A DNA stretch of 62,655 bases, the filler included. It is 3 parts of 3 records of this genome, joined end to end, with 100 filler letters (N's around TTAATTAATTAA, not from the genome) between each part and the next. Parts side by side here need not be neighbours in the genome. Positions count along the whole stretch, not along the records: positions 1 to 26,125 come from SRR31156797_10043; 2 more parts are not named here. One strand, written 5' to 3'. Made by a program: the position numbers and the translations under genes. Under the pieces are notes generated by a model. The model worked only from the letters and a program-made list of their open reading frames with translations, ran no database searches and had not been told where the DNA came from. Below, one piece after another: positions 10,487-22,124 of this stretch (the first letter of the stretch is position 1; each line of letters begins with the position of its first letter).

Positions 10487-11161
10487 ATGCGAATCGATAT
10501 ACTTACATTGTTTCCCGAAATGTTTCAAGGGCCATTTAGTGAATCTATTATTAAAAGAGCTCAGGAAAAAGGTCTGGTTGAAATTCATACACATAACATT
10601 AGAGATTACTCCAATAATAAACACAAAAAAGTGGATGATTACGCTTTTAGCGGAGGTGCTGGAATGGTGATGAGTATTGAACCCATCGCAATACTTATCG
10701 AAAAACTAAAGCAAGAAAGAACTTACGACGAAATTATATACACGACACCTGACGGACAAACATTAAACCAAGGGATATCTAACAAACTTTCTCTTTACAA
10801 TAATGTGATGATACTTTGCGGACACTATAAAGGTGTAGATCAAAGAGTAAGAGATCATTACATCACCATGGAATTATCTATTGGTGATTATGTATTAACA
10901 GGTGGTGAATTAGCCGCTGCTGTTATATCTGATTCGATCATCCGATTAATACCTGGCGTTATTTCAGATGAAACCTCTGCTCTAACCGATTCTTTTCAAG
11001 ATAATTTACTTTCTCCTCCTGTATATACCAGACCGGCAGAGTATAACGGTTGGAAAGTCCCTGATATATTACTATCTGGAGACAGTAAAAAAATAGAGGC
11101 ATGGAAAGAAGAACAGGCCTACAAAAGAACTAAAGAGAGAAGACCTGATTTATTAAAATAA
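10487..11161 (+). CDS. trmD: tRNA (guanine37-N1)-methyltransferase
   Basis: [45 protein letters not shown]. Confidence 0.96.
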   Translation: MRIDILTLFPEMFQGPFSESIIKRAQEKGLVEIHTHNIRDYSNNKHKKVDDYAFSGGAGMVMSIEPIAILIEKLKQERTYDEIIYTTPDGQTLNQGISNKLSLYNNVMILCGHYKGVDQRVRDHYITMELSIGDYVLTGGELAAAVISDSIIRLIPGVISDETSALTDSFQDNLLSPPVYTRPAEYNGWKVPDILLSGDSKKIEAWKEEQAYKRTKERRPDLLK

Positions 11162-11190
11162 AAAAACCGCAACTATAACGTTGCGGTTTG
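11161..11190. terminator. Likely bidirectional terminator between convergent trmD and LytTR gene
   Basis: AAACCGCAAC/GTTGCGGTTT 10-bp inverted repeat flanked by A/T tracts. Confidence 0.7.
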
Positions 11191-11212
11191 TAAATATCTT
11201 AGCTATAAAACT

Positions 11213-11929
11213 TTATTTTGTAATTAAGTTAATATCATTCATTAACTGATCCTTATATGATTTACCGATTGGTATAACTTTAGATCCAGATTCCGTTTTA
11301 ATGACTACTGAGTTGTCCTCAATTACTTTAATTTTACTTAAATTTACGATAAAAGAACGATGTACTCTTACAAACTTATCAGAAGGCATTTTATCAGAAA
11401 TGGCTTTCATAGTAAAATGGATGGTATATTTATCCCTGAAAGTATTCACTACTACATAATTCTCTAAAGCTTCTATCCATAAAATATCTTCATATTTTAC
11501 CCTAACTAAAGACGAGTTATTCTTGATAAAGATTTCGGTATTATTTTTCGTAATATCATCCTTCTTATTATCAAACTTCTCTTTTACTTTATTGATAGCT
11601 TTTAAGAATCTTGGGTAAGTAACAGGCTTTAACAAATAATCTGTTACATTATATTCATACGATTCCAAAGCATATTTTTCTTTAGAAGAATAAATAATCA
11701 CCTGTGGTAAAACATTTAAGGTTTTTAGCAAATCAATACCAGTCATTTCAGGCATTTCAATATCTAGAAACAATAAATCTATTTCCTCAGCACCTTTATT
11801 ATTTAAATAGTTAATGCCATCAACCGCATTTTCGTAGGTATCAATTAGGTTAAGTTCGTCTGTCTTTTCCACAAACTCTGCAATAATCTTTGTTGATAAT
11901 TTATCGTCGTCAATAATTATACAATTCAT
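11213..11929 (-). CDS. LytTR-family response regulator
   Basis: Receiver IIDDD/FLDIEMP/YLLKP plus LytTR FVRVHRSFIVN; TATTTTTG promoter element at 11947-11954. Confidence 0.92.
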   Translation of the reverse strand: MNCIIIDDDKLSTKIIAEFVEKTDELNLIDTYENAVDGINYLNNKGAEEIDLLFLDIEMPEMTGIDLLKTLNVLPQVIIYSSKEKYALESYEYNVTDYLLKPVTYPRFLKAINKVKEKFDNKKDDITKNNTEIFIKNNSSLVRVKYEDILWIEALENYVVVNTFRDKYTIHFTMKAISDKMPSDKFVRVHRSFIVNLSKIKVIEDNSVVIKTESGSKVIPIGKSYKDQLMNDINLITK

Positions 11930-12075
11930 AGAGCCCTTGTTTTTGTCAAAAATAGAAAATTTACTTTAAAGAAGAAGACCCAATTATAGCTTTTAGTTGA
12001 GTAAGTTACTAAAAAAATGAAACTAATCACAATATTAAACACGTTTATCACATGATTTGTTTCTTTCGTCACGAA

Positions 12076-12750
12076 TTATTTTTTATTATAAAATTCCTTT
12101 TCTAATAATGCTGAACTTTTTATGGATTGTCTTAACCAATTTAATTTAATTTCCAGCATTTCATCCACACTAAGTTGCCACTCGATATCTTTTCGTCTAA
12201 TTTCATGAGCCAGATGCTGTAATACAAGGGCGGCAGAAACAGAAATATTAAAACTTTCTGTAAAACCATACATTGGAATTCTTAAAAACTCATCTGCCTC
12301 ATCTTTTACTATATCAGAAATACCTGTTAATTCAGTTCCAAAAACAACAGCTGCCTTTCCTTTTGATACATCAAAATCATACAACTCAACATCATTCGTA
12401 TGTGGTGTAGTAGCAACTATCCGATATCCCTGTTTCTTTAAATTCTGTAACGCCTGACGTGTATTATTTTCCTGATCACTATATTTATTAATGGTTAACC
12501 ATTTAGATGCACCTAAAGCAACATCTTTATTCACATTATAGGTATTACGATTTTCAATAATATGAACATCCTGAATACCAAAACAATCACACGAACGTAA
12601 CACTGCACTTGCATTATGTGATTGATAAATATCCTCCAATACAACGCTTATATACTGGGTTCTATCCTTCAACACCTTATCAAACAGTGCATTTCGATTT
12701 TCAGTTGCATGGTTGGCCAACCATTGAATCAATTCCTCTTTTTTACTCAT
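12076..12750 (-). CDS. trmH: TrmH/SpoU family tRNA (G18) 2'-O-methyltransferase
   Basis: HNASAVLRSCD, FGTELTG, IPMYGFTESFNISV. Confidence 0.85.
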   Translation of the reverse strand: MSKKEELIQWLANHATENRNALFDKVLKDRTQYISVVLEDIYQSHNASAVLRSCDCFGIQDVHIIENRNTYNVNKDVALGASKWLTINKYSDQENNTRQALQNLKKQGYRIVATTPHTNDVELYDFDVSKGKAAVVFGTELTGISDIVKDEADEFLRIPMYGFTESFNISVSAALVLQHLAHEIRRKDIEWQLSVDEMLEIKLNWLRQSIKSSALLEKEFYNKK

Positions 12751-12824
12751 CTAAACAATCAAACATACAGACATAAAAAAAGAGAGCACTGCGTACTCTC
12801 TTATATTTTTTCCTAAACAGAGAA

Positions 12825-13097
12825 CTAGTTTACTGCATCACCTAATTCGCTACCAGCTTTAAATTTAACTACTTTCTTAGCAGCAATTTGAATTTCTTTA
12901 CCTGTTTGAGGGTTTCTTCCTGTTCTTGCGCTTCTCTCAGAAACAGAGAAAGAACCGAATCCAATTAAAGAAATACGATCTCCCTTTTTAAGGGCATCAC
13001 TTGTAACATTAATAAATGAATCTAACGCTTTTTTTGCGTCTGCCTTTGTTAAACCAGAATCTCCGGCGATAGCATCAATTAATTGAGCTTTGTTCAT
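12825..13097 (-). CDS. hup: DNA-binding protein HU
   Basis: [11 protein letters not shown]...GFGSF...RTGRNPQTG; 90 aa from ATG 13097; TATATTTG at 13151-13158 (minus). Confidence 0.95.
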   Translation of the reverse strand: MNKAQLIDAIAGDSGLTKADAKKALDSFINVTSDALKKGDRISLIGFGSFSVSERSARTGRNPQTGKEIQIAAKKVVKFKAGSELGDAVN

Positions 13098-13431
13098 AAT
13101 AACTGTTAATTTTTTAGGGTTAACAACTAAGTTCACCAAAATTTGCCTTACAAATATAGATTATTCCTAGTATTAACCAAATCAAGAGCATAATTAATTG
13201 AGTTTTTTTAGCAAAATTCTAGGTATATGATGGTTTTAACTAAAAAAAAGCAGTTCAATTTCACTATACACCCCTCTAATACTGACACATACAACATACC
13301 TACTTCGTTTTTTTTCCAAAAAAGCCAACTTTATCATTTTTTTCACAAAACCCAGCAATATAACACATTACACGCTTATATTATTTATGGATCTTTTTAT
13401 CTGTTTTTATATATTTGCAAAAAAAAATAAT

Positions 13432-14463
13432 ATGGATCCAAATAAAGGAAAGAAACATTTAATCAATTTACTTAGTCCTGAAGCACTAAAAGAAAAGCTA
13501 AATAATGAGAAATTCAGTCGTATTACAGTTTCGTTTTATCGTTATGTTATTATTGATAACCCTGGAGAATTTAGAGATCAACTATTTAAAGAATGGTCTA
13601 AATTAAATTGCCTTGGAAGAATCTATGTAGCAAATGAAGGCATAAATGCCCAGATGAACGTGCCAGAGCAACATTGGAGTGATTTCATAAAGCAGATTCA
13701 ACTACATGAATATTTAAAAGATATTCCTTTAAAAATGGCAATAGAAAATGGAACATCTTTTCTTAAACTTCAAATCAAAATTAAAGATAAAATTGTAGCT
13801 GATGGCTTGAATGATAATACATATGATGTTACCAATGTAGGAAAACATTTAAATGCAGAAGAATGGAATAACGAAATTGACAATGGTGCCATAGTAGTTG
13901 ATATGAGAAACGCCTATGAAAGCGAAATTGGTAGATTTAAAAATGCTATTCTACCAAAATCGGATACTTTTGCCGATGAATTACCTGAAGTATTGGAAAC
14001 GCTTAAAGGCAATGAGAACAAGAAGATTCTACTTTATTGTACGGGAGGTGTACGCTGCGAAAAAACCAGCGCATTTTTAAAGCACCATGGATTTGAGGAT
14101 GTAAATCAATTGCACGGTGGTATCATTGATTACAGAAGACAAATTAACGAAGGTAATCTGGACAATAAATTTGAAGGCAAAAACTTTGTCTTTGACAATC
14201 GTTTAGGGGAACGAATCAGTGATGATATAATAAGTAAATGTCATCAATGTGGTAAACCTTGTGATAATCATATTAATTGTGCTAATATCAGATGTAACTT
14301 ATTATTTATACAGTGTTCTGATTGTGCCGAAAAATATGCCAATAGCTGTTCTGGCAAATGTAAGGAGTATGTTTTGGCTCCTTCTGATGTAAAAAAGCAA
14401 CTTGACAAGATACATCAATATAAACCTACTAAACGATATAATAAGAACAAGCAACTGTGCTAG
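13432..14463 (+). CDS. trhO: Rhodanese-domain tRNA U34 hydroxylase (YceA/TrhO family)
   Basis: GRIYVANEGINAQ, YCTGGVRCEK, QLHGGI, GKNFVFDNR, Cys-rich C-terminus; TATATTTG at 13410-13417. Confidence 0.88.
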   Translation: MDPNKGKKHLINLLSPEALKEKLNNEKFSRITVSFYRYVIIDNPGEFRDQLFKEWSKLNCLGRIYVANEGINAQMNVPEQHWSDFIKQIQLHEYLKDIPLKMAIENGTSFLKLQIKIKDKIVADGLNDNTYDVTNVGKHLNAEEWNNEIDNGAIVVDMRNAYESEIGRFKNAILPKSDTFADELPEVLETLKGNENKKILLYCTGGVRCEKTSAFLKHHGFEDVNQLHGGIIDYRRQINEGNLDNKFEGKNFVFDNRLGERISDDIISKCHQCGKPCDNHINCANIRCNLLFIQCSDCAEKYANSCSGKCKEYVLAPSDVKKQLDKIHQYKPTKRYNKNKQLC

Positions 14464-14622
14464 ATTAATTGTTTTAAATTAGCTTATTGGATTTTTATCA
14501 ATCAAACCTAACTCTAGTTTCTTCCAACATTTCTTAACATTAGTTTTTAAAAGTATTTAAAACTTTATCTATAATGCAGTATGTAATTGTATTATTTTTA
14601 CCCCTCAATAATTCTTTGAAGT

Positions 14623-15837
14623 ATGAGGATATTACACACTGCAGACTGGCACCTAGGTAAAAAACTTGAAAACTTTTCCCGAATTGAGGAGCAAAAACAG
14701 GTGTTAAACGAAATTGTTCAAATTGCATTAGAGCAAAATGTTGATGTGGTTTTAATAGCCGGTGACTTATTTGACACATTCAATCCTTCTTCTGAATCCA
14801 TAGAATTATTTTACAAAACTTTAAAACAATTAACTCGTCAGGGAACATGTCCAGTCATTGCAATTTCTGGAAATCATGATTCTCCTGATCGAATAGAAAT
14901 GCCTGATCCTCTTGCCAAAGAATGTGGAATTATTTTTCTTGGTTATCCTCATTCCTATCCTACATGTATTGAATTGGATAGTAACGTAAAAATTACAAAT
15001 TCGGAAAAAGGATTTATGGAATTGCAAATTCCAAAACACTCTTATCCTTTGCGGATATTAACAACTCCTTATGCGAATGAACATCGCCTAAAACAAGCTT
15101 TACAAGTTGAAAATAAAGAAAGTGACTTACGAACCATCCTTCAATCTGAATGGTCCGATTTGGCAAAAAAACATTGCAATAAAGATGGTGTCAATATGCT
15201 TATGACTCATTTATTTGTAACAGAAGGTACTGATGCAATACTACAAGAACCTGATGACGAAAAACCAATTTTATACGTAGGTGGTGCACAGGCTATCTAC
15301 ACCGAAAATTTCCCTGAGGAAATTCAATATGTAGCTTTGGGACATCTACATCGTTTTCAACAAATTAAATCAGAACAACAAGCCATTTATTATTCAGGAA
15401 GTCCTTTGTCATATTCTTTTGCTGAAGCAAACCAGGATAAATATGTAATCGTTGTTGATATTGAACCCAACAAAAAAGCTATAATTACACCTATAAAACT
15501 TAAATCCGGAAAAAAACTAATTAAACTAAAAGCAGAAGGAATTAAGGATGCTGTAACAAAACTAGAAAAACATAAAAATGACCTGATCGAATTAACCATC
15601 ATCAATGATGAATACCTGTCTGCTGCCGATAGAAAAATATTAAATCAAGCTCATTCACATATCATTACACTAATTCCTCAGATCAAAAATCAAAATAACT
15701 TAACTACTGAGAATCAGATTGATTTATCGAAAAGTTTTAAAGAATTGTTTTCGGAATACTTCACGCACAACAAAGGCGTAAAACCAAATGAGAGAATCCT
15801 TAATTTACTAGACGAAGCTCTTGCTGAAAAAGAATAA
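14623..15837 (+). CDS. sbcD: Exonuclease SbcCD subunit D
   Basis: LHTADWHLG, AGDLFD, SGNHDS, ALGHLH metallophosphoesterase motifs. Confidence 0.93.
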   Translation: MRILHTADWHLGKKLENFSRIEEQKQVLNEIVQIALEQNVDVVLIAGDLFDTFNPSSESIELFYKTLKQLTRQGTCPVIAISGNHDSPDRIEMPDPLAKECGIIFLGYPHSYPTCIELDSNVKITNSEKGFMELQIPKHSYPLRILTTPYANEHRLKQALQVENKESDLRTILQSEWSDLAKKHCNKDGVNMLMTHLFVTEGTDAILQEPDDEKPILYVGGAQAIYTENFPEEIQYVALGHLHRFQQIKSEQQAIYYSGSPLSYSFAEANQDKYVIVVDIEPNKKAIITPIKLKSGKKLIKLKAEGIKDAVTKLEKHKNDLIELTIINDEYLSAADRKILNQAHSHIITLIPQIKNQNNLTTENQIDLSKSFKELFSEYFTHNKGVKPNERILNLLDEALAEKE

Positions 15838-15839
15838 TT

Positions 15840-18800
15840 ATGATCCCTGTTAAACTTATAATTGAAGGACTTTATTCCTACCAAAATAGACAAATTATTG
15901 ATTTTACTAAATTGACCTCTGATCATATTTTTGGAATTTTCGGAAAAGTTGGAAGTGGTAAATCAACCGTTTTAGAAGCCATTACTTTTGCCTTGTATGG
16001 AAAAACGGATAGATTACTTCTATCCGGAGATAATCGTAATTATAATATGATGAACCTTAAATCGAACCAACTTTGTATAGAGTTTGATTTTAAAGCAGGA
16101 GCAGAATCTCAACTATACAGAATTCAGGTTTCTGCTAAAAGAAATAGCAAAAAATTTGAGGATGTAAAAAAGGCTGACAGGATTATTTACAAATATATTG
16201 ACAACGAATATACTCCCATTACAGAAAGTGAATTAGAGCAAACATTAGGTCTTAGTTACGATAATTTTAAACGAACCATTATTATTCCACAAGGAAGATT
16301 TCAGGAGTTTTTGCAGCTAAAAGCAAGTGAACGAACTCATATGATGAAGGAATTATTTGGTCTGGAAAAATACGAGTTATTTCATCAGGTTAAATCACTT
16401 GAAGCTAAAAACAATGGAGAATTACAAAACCTTAAAGGTCGGTTAGAACAAATTGGAGAGTTATCAAGTGAAAACGTTGAAATATTGTCGCAACAACAAC
16501 TAAAAATCAAAGAAGAACTATTAGTAAAAACAAAAAATCAGCATGAGTTAGACTCATCATTAAAAACGCTGGAAAAACAAAAAGAAAACAAATATAAACT
16601 GGAGATTAGTAAAACAAAAATTGAAAAATTAAAGTTTCAGGAAAAAGAAATACAATTATTAGAATTAAACCTACAGCAGTTTGAATATTGCCTTATACAT
16701 TTTAAAAACACGCTTGATTCAATTCAAACTCTCAAAAACAAATATGAGGATCTGCAAATAAAACAACGTAAAGACAAAGATTCGTATCAGATTTTAAAAC
16801 AGGAATTAAGCGATTTACAATCTCAATTAAAAGAAATTGAAAGTGACTTTAAGAATTTAGATGCTTTAAAACTGGAACTGGAAAGCATTCAAAAAATAAG
16901 GGAAATATTTAAAATAGATACGACACTTTCCTCACAATCTGACAGATTAAAGAAAGGAGAAACGAGCACAAATGAGGTTATTTTGAATATCGAATTAGCA
17001 GAAAAAAAGATTGAATCAGACAAAAAAGAACTTGCTCTGATTAAAGCCAATTGTCCTAATATAGAAGAGTTAAGCAGTGCAAAAGAGTGGTTTTCTGAAC
17101 AGAAAAATTTGAGCAAACAAATTAACGAGGTCGAAATCAATAAAAAACAACTTGAATCTCAAAAAACTGAGTATCTGACCAAGTTATTATCAATAACAAA
17201 AGAGTTGGATATTGAATCTGACGATGAGCTATTTTCGAATAGAAAAAACAAGCTTCAAATACTTATTGAAGATTTAAATAGTGAAATTGAATCAAAACTT
17301 AAGCATAAAGAAAATTTGCTTATCAAAAGCGGTTTAAATAATTACGCCCAAAATCTTGAAAATGGAAGCCCCTGCCCTCTTTGTGGCTCTATAGACCATC
17401 CACATCCTTTAAATTCTGAAGATTTAAATGAATCAATTCAAATAACAGAAAAGGAAATTGATTCTTTAAATAAAAAAGCGACCGAATACAAAGCTCTTTT
17501 AATGGAGATTGACAAAACCATTGAGATTTTAAAGCCTCTACAAACTCAAAAAAGCAAGAGCGAGGAGAAACTTAATGATCTTCGTTCAGCGATTGATCTT
17601 CATCAAAAGCATTTTAACAATAAATTCGCTTCAGAAGAAATAATATCTGAGCAACTTAAGCAATACAAAATATCGCAAACTAAAATAACTGAATTAGAAA
17701 ATATACTCGAAGATCAGTCTAAAAAGCTAGATATCTTAATTAAAAACAAAGAGAGATATACTTCAGAATTAAATAAAATTCAAAGAGATATCGATGTAAA
17801 CACCAATTCTAAAAACCTTCTTTTAAAACAAATTACTGACGAAACATTACAAAAATACAATCATATTCCCGAGCTAAAACTTGACTCAATATCTGATGAG
17901 TTAAAACTTAAAATTACCAATATTGAAAAATCATTTCAAACCATTACCAAGCAACTAGAAGAAAAACAAAAACTAGTAGCGGAACTAAGTGGTAAAATTA
18001 ATGCTAACGCAACACATCTGGATCAAATTAACACAGAACTCATTGCTTTAGAATCGAAACTTCAGACAGACATCGACAATTCTGATTTTGAAAATATAAA
18101 GACAATAAAAGGTATTCTTGAGTTAGAGCTTGATATTAGTTCTTCAAAAAATAGAATCAAACAATATTATAGTGAATTGGAAATACTCCAAAGTGAAATT
18201 AAAACATTGAATGAGTTATTATTAAAATCGCCTTATAATGAAGAGAAACATAAATTAATTCAAAATCAAAATGATGAATTAAAAGTACAAATAACTCATT
18301 TAAATAAGGAACTAGGCAGTATTGAAACATCGTTAAAAACATTAGAAGAGAAATTACAACAAAAGAAGACAATTGAAGAGGATGTAAAAAAACTTTCTTT
18401 ACGCGCAGAGGATCTGGAAACTTTAAGAAAAATGTTCTTTAAAAGTGGGTTTGTTAATTATATCTCTACTGTTTACCTGCAAAATCTTTGTGTATCAGCG
18501 AATGAACGTTTTCATCAAATGACCAAACAAAGCCTTAGCCTTGAATTGAATAATGACAACAACTTTGAGGTCAGAGATTATTTGAATGAAGGTAAATTAA
18601 GAAGTATCAAAACCCTTTCTGGAGGTCAGACATTTCAAGCAGCATTATGCCTGGCTCTTGCCTTATCTGATCATATCCAAAGTTCCCATCAAACCAATCA
18701 GAACTTTTTCTTTTTAGATGAAGGATTCGGTTCTTTAGATAAAGAATCATTAGAAATTGTTTTCAATACCTTAAAAGGTCTTCGTAAAGAAAACCGAATT

Positions 18801-18911
18801 GTAGGTGTTATTTCACATGTGGAAGAAATGCAGCAAGAGATCACAACCTATCTTGACATCAAAAAAAATGATGATAATGGTTCTTACATTCAGTTTAGTT
18901 GGAACAAGTGA
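15840..18911 (+). CDS. sbcC: Exonuclease SbcCD subunit C
   Basis: Walker A GKVGSGKS, coiled coil, CPLC zinc hook, LSGGQ, LDEGFGSLD. Confidence 0.93.
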   Translation: MIPVKLIIEGLYSYQNRQIIDFTKLTSDHIFGIFGKVGSGKSTVLEAITFALYGKTDRLLLSGDNRNYNMMNLKSNQLCIEFDFKAGAESQLYRIQVSAKRNSKKFEDVKKADRIIYKYIDNEYTPITESELEQTLGLSYDNFKRTIIIPQGRFQEFLQLKASERTHMMKELFGLEKYELFHQVKSLEAKNNGELQNLKGRLEQIGELSSENVEILSQQQLKIKEELLVKTKNQHELDSSLKTLEKQKENKYKLEISKTKIEKLKFQEKEIQLLELNLQQFEYCLIHFKNTLDSIQTLKNKYEDLQIKQRKDKDSYQILKQELSDLQSQLKEIESDFKNLDALKLELESIQKIREIFKIDTTLSSQSDRLKKGETSTNEVILNIELAEKKIESDKKELALIKANCPNIEELSSAKEWFSEQKNLSKQINEVEINKKQLESQKTEYLTKLLSITKELDIESDDELFSNRKNKLQILIEDLNSEIESKLKHKENLLIKSGLNNYAQNLENGSPCPLCGSIDHPHPLNSEDLNESIQITEKEIDSLNKKATEYKALLMEIDKTIEILKPLQTQKSKSEEKLNDLRSAIDLHQKHFNNKFASEEIISEQLKQYKISQTKITELENILEDQSKKLDILIKNKERYTSELNKIQRDIDVNTNSKNLLLKQITDETLQKYNHIPELKLDSISDELKLKITNIEKSFQTITKQLEEKQKLVAELSGKINANATHLDQINTELIALESKLQTDIDNSDFENIKTIKGILELELDISSSKNRIKQYYSELEILQSEIKTLNELLLKSPYNEEKHKLIQNQNDELKVQITHLNKELGSIETSLKTLEEKLQQKKTIEEDVKKLSLRAEDLETLRKMFFKSGFVNYISTVYLQNLCVSANERFHQMTKQSLSLELNNDNNFEVRDYLNEGKLRSIKTLSGGQTFQAALCLALALSDHIQSSHQTNQNFFFLDEGFGSLDKESLEIVFNTLKGLRKENRIVGVISHVEEMQQEITTYLDIKKNDDNGSYIQFSWNK

Positions 18912-21329
18912 TTATTCATCCTCATAATATCCATGGCCATAGCCATAACCATAGCCATAACCGTATCCATAACCGTATCCATAGCCATAATGAGATCCAT
19001 AGCCTCCTTTTTTGCCATGGATATCATTTAACAATAATCCCACATGCTTATCCAAACCTTCTTCCTTTAAATTAGATATCGTATGTGCAAATACCTGTCG
19101 AATAGTATGATTGTGTCGAACCAGATATACAATAGTATCAGATTGACGAGCTAATATATAAGGATCTGCAACCACACCCATCGGAGGTGAATCTAACACA
19201 ATCGTATCAAACCGTTTTCTCAGCTCTTCGAAAAATACATTTGTTTTATCTGAACTAATTAATTCTGATGGATTGGGAGGTATAGGACCTGAAGGAACAA
19301 TAAACAGGTTGTCTAAACCACATGGAGATGGAATAATAACATCATCTAAGCTTACTTTTCCTATTAAGTAGTTTGAAACTCCATCATAATCATTTAGGTT
19401 TAAAACCTTATTCAACCCAGGCTTTCTCATATCGAAACCAACAATCACCGTTTTTTTGCCAGCCATTGCAAAAACAGAAGCCAGATTAATTGAGCAAAAT
19501 GTTTTTCCCTCACCAGGCATTGATGAAGTCACTGTTATAATAGGAGACTCCTTCTCTCCAACCATATAATCTAAACGAGTTCTTACTCTCCTAAACGTTT
19601 CAGTCACCACTGATTTTGGATGCTTAGCAACTACATTTACTGTATTTTTACTACTATGCACAATCTGTCCAACAACAGGTAAAGAGGTTAATTTTTCAAC
19701 ATCATCCACACTTGTAATTCTGTTATTCAACAACTGACGAATAACGATAAAAACCAAGGGTAATAATATCCCCAGCATGATGGATTTTTGATAATTACCT
19801 TTAATATTAGGAGAAACCATCCCTCCACTTCTTGCAGCCTCCAACACCTGATGATCTGGTGTATTAGATGCTTTCTGTATTTGAGCTTCTGATCTTTTTC
19901 TCAACAAAAAGGTGAACACTTCATTATTTAAATCAAATTTTCGTTCAATGCCTAGTAGTTTTCGTTCCGTCTCTGGTAAAGAATATAAATCATTTTCAAA
20001 CTTCAATCTTTCTTCAATGATTCTCTCTTGCTCCTGAGCTAGTGCTTCCTTTTGGTTTTCAATACTCTTTAATAAGGTATTTACCGCCAATTGTAACTCT
20101 TTATCTTTTTGGCCTGAATAAGGGTTTTTATTATCACCTAGAGGAGCATCAATAGCTAAACGCTCTGTATTTAATTGAACAATATTTTGAATTTGCCCGG
20201 CTAATAATTGATTTTCTACAATATAAATGGCTGGCGCTATAATTTCATTATCAATAGTTTCATTACTAAAATAATTAGTCAGATAATCATAGTAATTATT
20301 CGTAATCTGAAATTGAGCTAACTTTTGTTCTGCACTTTGCAACTGTTTAAACAAATACTCAGCTTTTGATGAAATGCTTTGAATTCGATTTGCTGTTCTA
20401 AAATTACTAAGTTGCGCTCCTGTGTTGCTTAGAGAATCTTTTATATTTGACAATTGCGACTCAATGAAGTTTATTGTATTGGTGGCTATTTGGTTTTTCT
20501 TTTCAAGATTTGAAGCAATAAAAACCTTTGCCAGAGTATTTAAAAACTTTACATTCTTATTTCGATTTACACCGGTAACTGACATTCGAATAATGGATGA
20601 TTCTCCAATTTTACCAGCTCTTAGAAACCTTAAAAACTGCCCTGTGACTTTATTAGGATGATTGAAAACAAAATAGTGTTGGCCATCAGCGCTCAAATTA
20701 CAGCCATTACATATCACCCTGAACCGATACCATTGTGAACTAACCCATTCTCCAAAACGAAATGTCTGGCTAAAATTAGTAATTCCTGGTCCAGATCCTG
20801 AAGCTCCTGATTTATATTGATAAGAGCTACCTCCTTCCGAATTAAAAGTAAGCTCAAAATGCTCTGAGTCGATTTGTTGTATGTAAAAATGCACATTGAC
20901 CAACTGAGCATGCAAACTATCAAACTCAACTCTAAACGAGGTTGCCGGGTATATTTCTGTAGATTTTACATTTCCTTTTGCATAATAACTTACGTCATAG
21001 TCCAACTGATCAACTGCTTTTCTAACCATATCCCATGAAGTAAGCAGAGCAAGTTGATTATCCATATTTCGCATACCAGGAGTAAGCCCAAATCCTTCCA
21101 TCATATTGGATTGTGGCATATTATCCCCTCTCTCCTCCATCAATAATCTCATCGATGCACTGTAAACTGGAACAATCCATCGATGCATCATATATACAGA
21201 AGACAAGGCTATAGGTAAAGTAATAGCGAACAACCACCAGAATTTAAAAAGATCACGAATAATTTTTTTTATATCTAACGAAAAAAAAGAACCGCTATCT
21301 GGAATTCGCTTTGAAAGATTTTCTTGCAT
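18912..21329 (-). CDS. wzc: BY-kinase / polysaccharide chain-length determinant (Wzc family)
   Basis: Two TMs, Walker A PGEGKT, DMRKP, DSPP, C-terminal (YG)n tyrosine cluster. Confidence 0.9.
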   Translation of the reverse strand: MQENLSKRIPDSGSFFSLDIKKIIRDLFKFWWLFAITLPIALSSVYMMHRWIVPVYSASMRLLMEERGDNMPQSNMMEGFGLTPGMRNMDNQLALLTSWDMVRKAVDQLDYDVSYYAKGNVKSTEIYPATSFRVEFDSLHAQLVNVHFYIQQIDSEHFELTFNSEGGSSYQYKSGASGSGPGITNFSQTFRFGEWVSSQWYRFRVICNGCNLSADGQHYFVFNHPNKVTGQFLRFLRAGKIGESSIIRMSVTGVNRNKNVKFLNTLAKVFIASNLEKKNQIATNTINFIESQLSNIKDSLSNTGAQLSNFRTANRIQSISSKAEYLFKQLQSAEQKLAQFQITNNYYDYLTNYFSNETIDNEIIAPAIYIVENQLLAGQIQNIVQLNTERLAIDAPLGDNKNPYSGQKDKELQLAVNTLLKSIENQKEALAQEQERIIEERLKFENDLYSLPETERKLLGIERKFDLNNEVFTFLLRKRSEAQIQKASNTPDHQVLEAARSGGMVSPNIKGNYQKSIMLGILLPLVFIVIRQLLNNRITSVDDVEKLTSLPVVGQIVHSSKNTVNVVAKHPKSVVTETFRRVRTRLDYMVGEKESPIITVTSSMPGEGKTFCSINLASVFAMAGKKTVIVGFDMRKPGLNKVLNLNDYDGVSNYLIGKVSLDDVIIPSPCGLDNLFIVPSGPIPPNPSELISSDKTNVFFEELRKRFDTIVLDSPPMGVVADPYILARQSDTIVYLVRHNHTIRQVFAHTISNLKEEGLDKHVGLLLNDIHGKKGGYGSHYGYGYGYGYGYGYGYGYGHGYYEDE

Positions 21330-21344
21330 AGTTAAATTTAACTC

Positions 21345-22124
21345 CTATTTGGTTAAAGCATAAATTGATAATCCAAAAGCTAAAAAAGATGTAATTATAC
21401 CGAGATTAAATGCTTCTCCAATGCCTAATTGTTTTGCACGCATAGGCCTTACATAAATTATATCATTTGGATAAATATAGTAATACTCAGAACCAATAAT
21501 TCTATGATCTGTAATATCTACATGAAAAGTTTTTGTAGTACCATCTGGATAAGGCCTAATAATTTTTACATCTTTTTTCTTCCCATGCACTGTTATATCT
21601 CCAGAAACTCCCAGAGCTTCAAATATATTCAACTGATCTTTATCCATTCGCTGAACACCAGGACTTCCTACTTCCCCTAGTATAATAAAAGATTTAGTTC
21701 CCAGTTTAACCATAACTTCAGCTTCCTTCACAAAAGGTTTTAAGTCTGCTTCAATCTTTTCTTTGGCCATTGGAAGATTACATCCTTTTAAATTAATCAT
21801 TCCTGCATAGGGAAAATCAATATTCATGTCATCGTCAATCATGTACATAAACATCGTATTTTGCCCAGACGCATTCATGTTTCCTCCTCTTACCTGACCT
21901 GCATTAAAGAATTCTGACAAGTTCGGATCGAAAGTTGAAACTCTGATATACAGATAATCGTTAGGCTGAAGAAAATATTTATTTGTAATCTGCTCCACAT
22001 CTTTAAACTCCATTTCTGCCTCTTTCTCCTGAAAATACAACAACTCTTTTTGTGGAATACATGATGATACAAGCACCAATAATATTAATGGTACTATTAT
22101 ATAGTTTTCTTTAATTCGTTTCAT
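21345..22124 (-). CDS. wza: Polysaccharide export lipoprotein (Wza family)
   Basis: Lipobox-like LVSSC, YFLQPND, ILGEV, PNDIIYV; adjacent to wzc. Confidence 0.85.
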   Translation of the reverse strand: MKRIKENYIIVPLILLVLVSSCIPQKELLYFQEKEAEMEFKDVEQITNKYFLQPNDYLYIRVSTFDPNLSEFFNAGQVRGGNMNASGQNTMFMYMIDDDMNIDFPYAGMINLKGCNLPMAKEKIEADLKPFVKEAEVMVKLGTKSFIILGEVGSPGVQRMDKDQLNIFEALGVSGDITVHGKKKDVKIIRPYPDGTTKTFHVDITDHRIIGSEYYYIYPNDIIYVRPMRAKQLGIGEAFNLGIITSFLAFGLSIYALTK

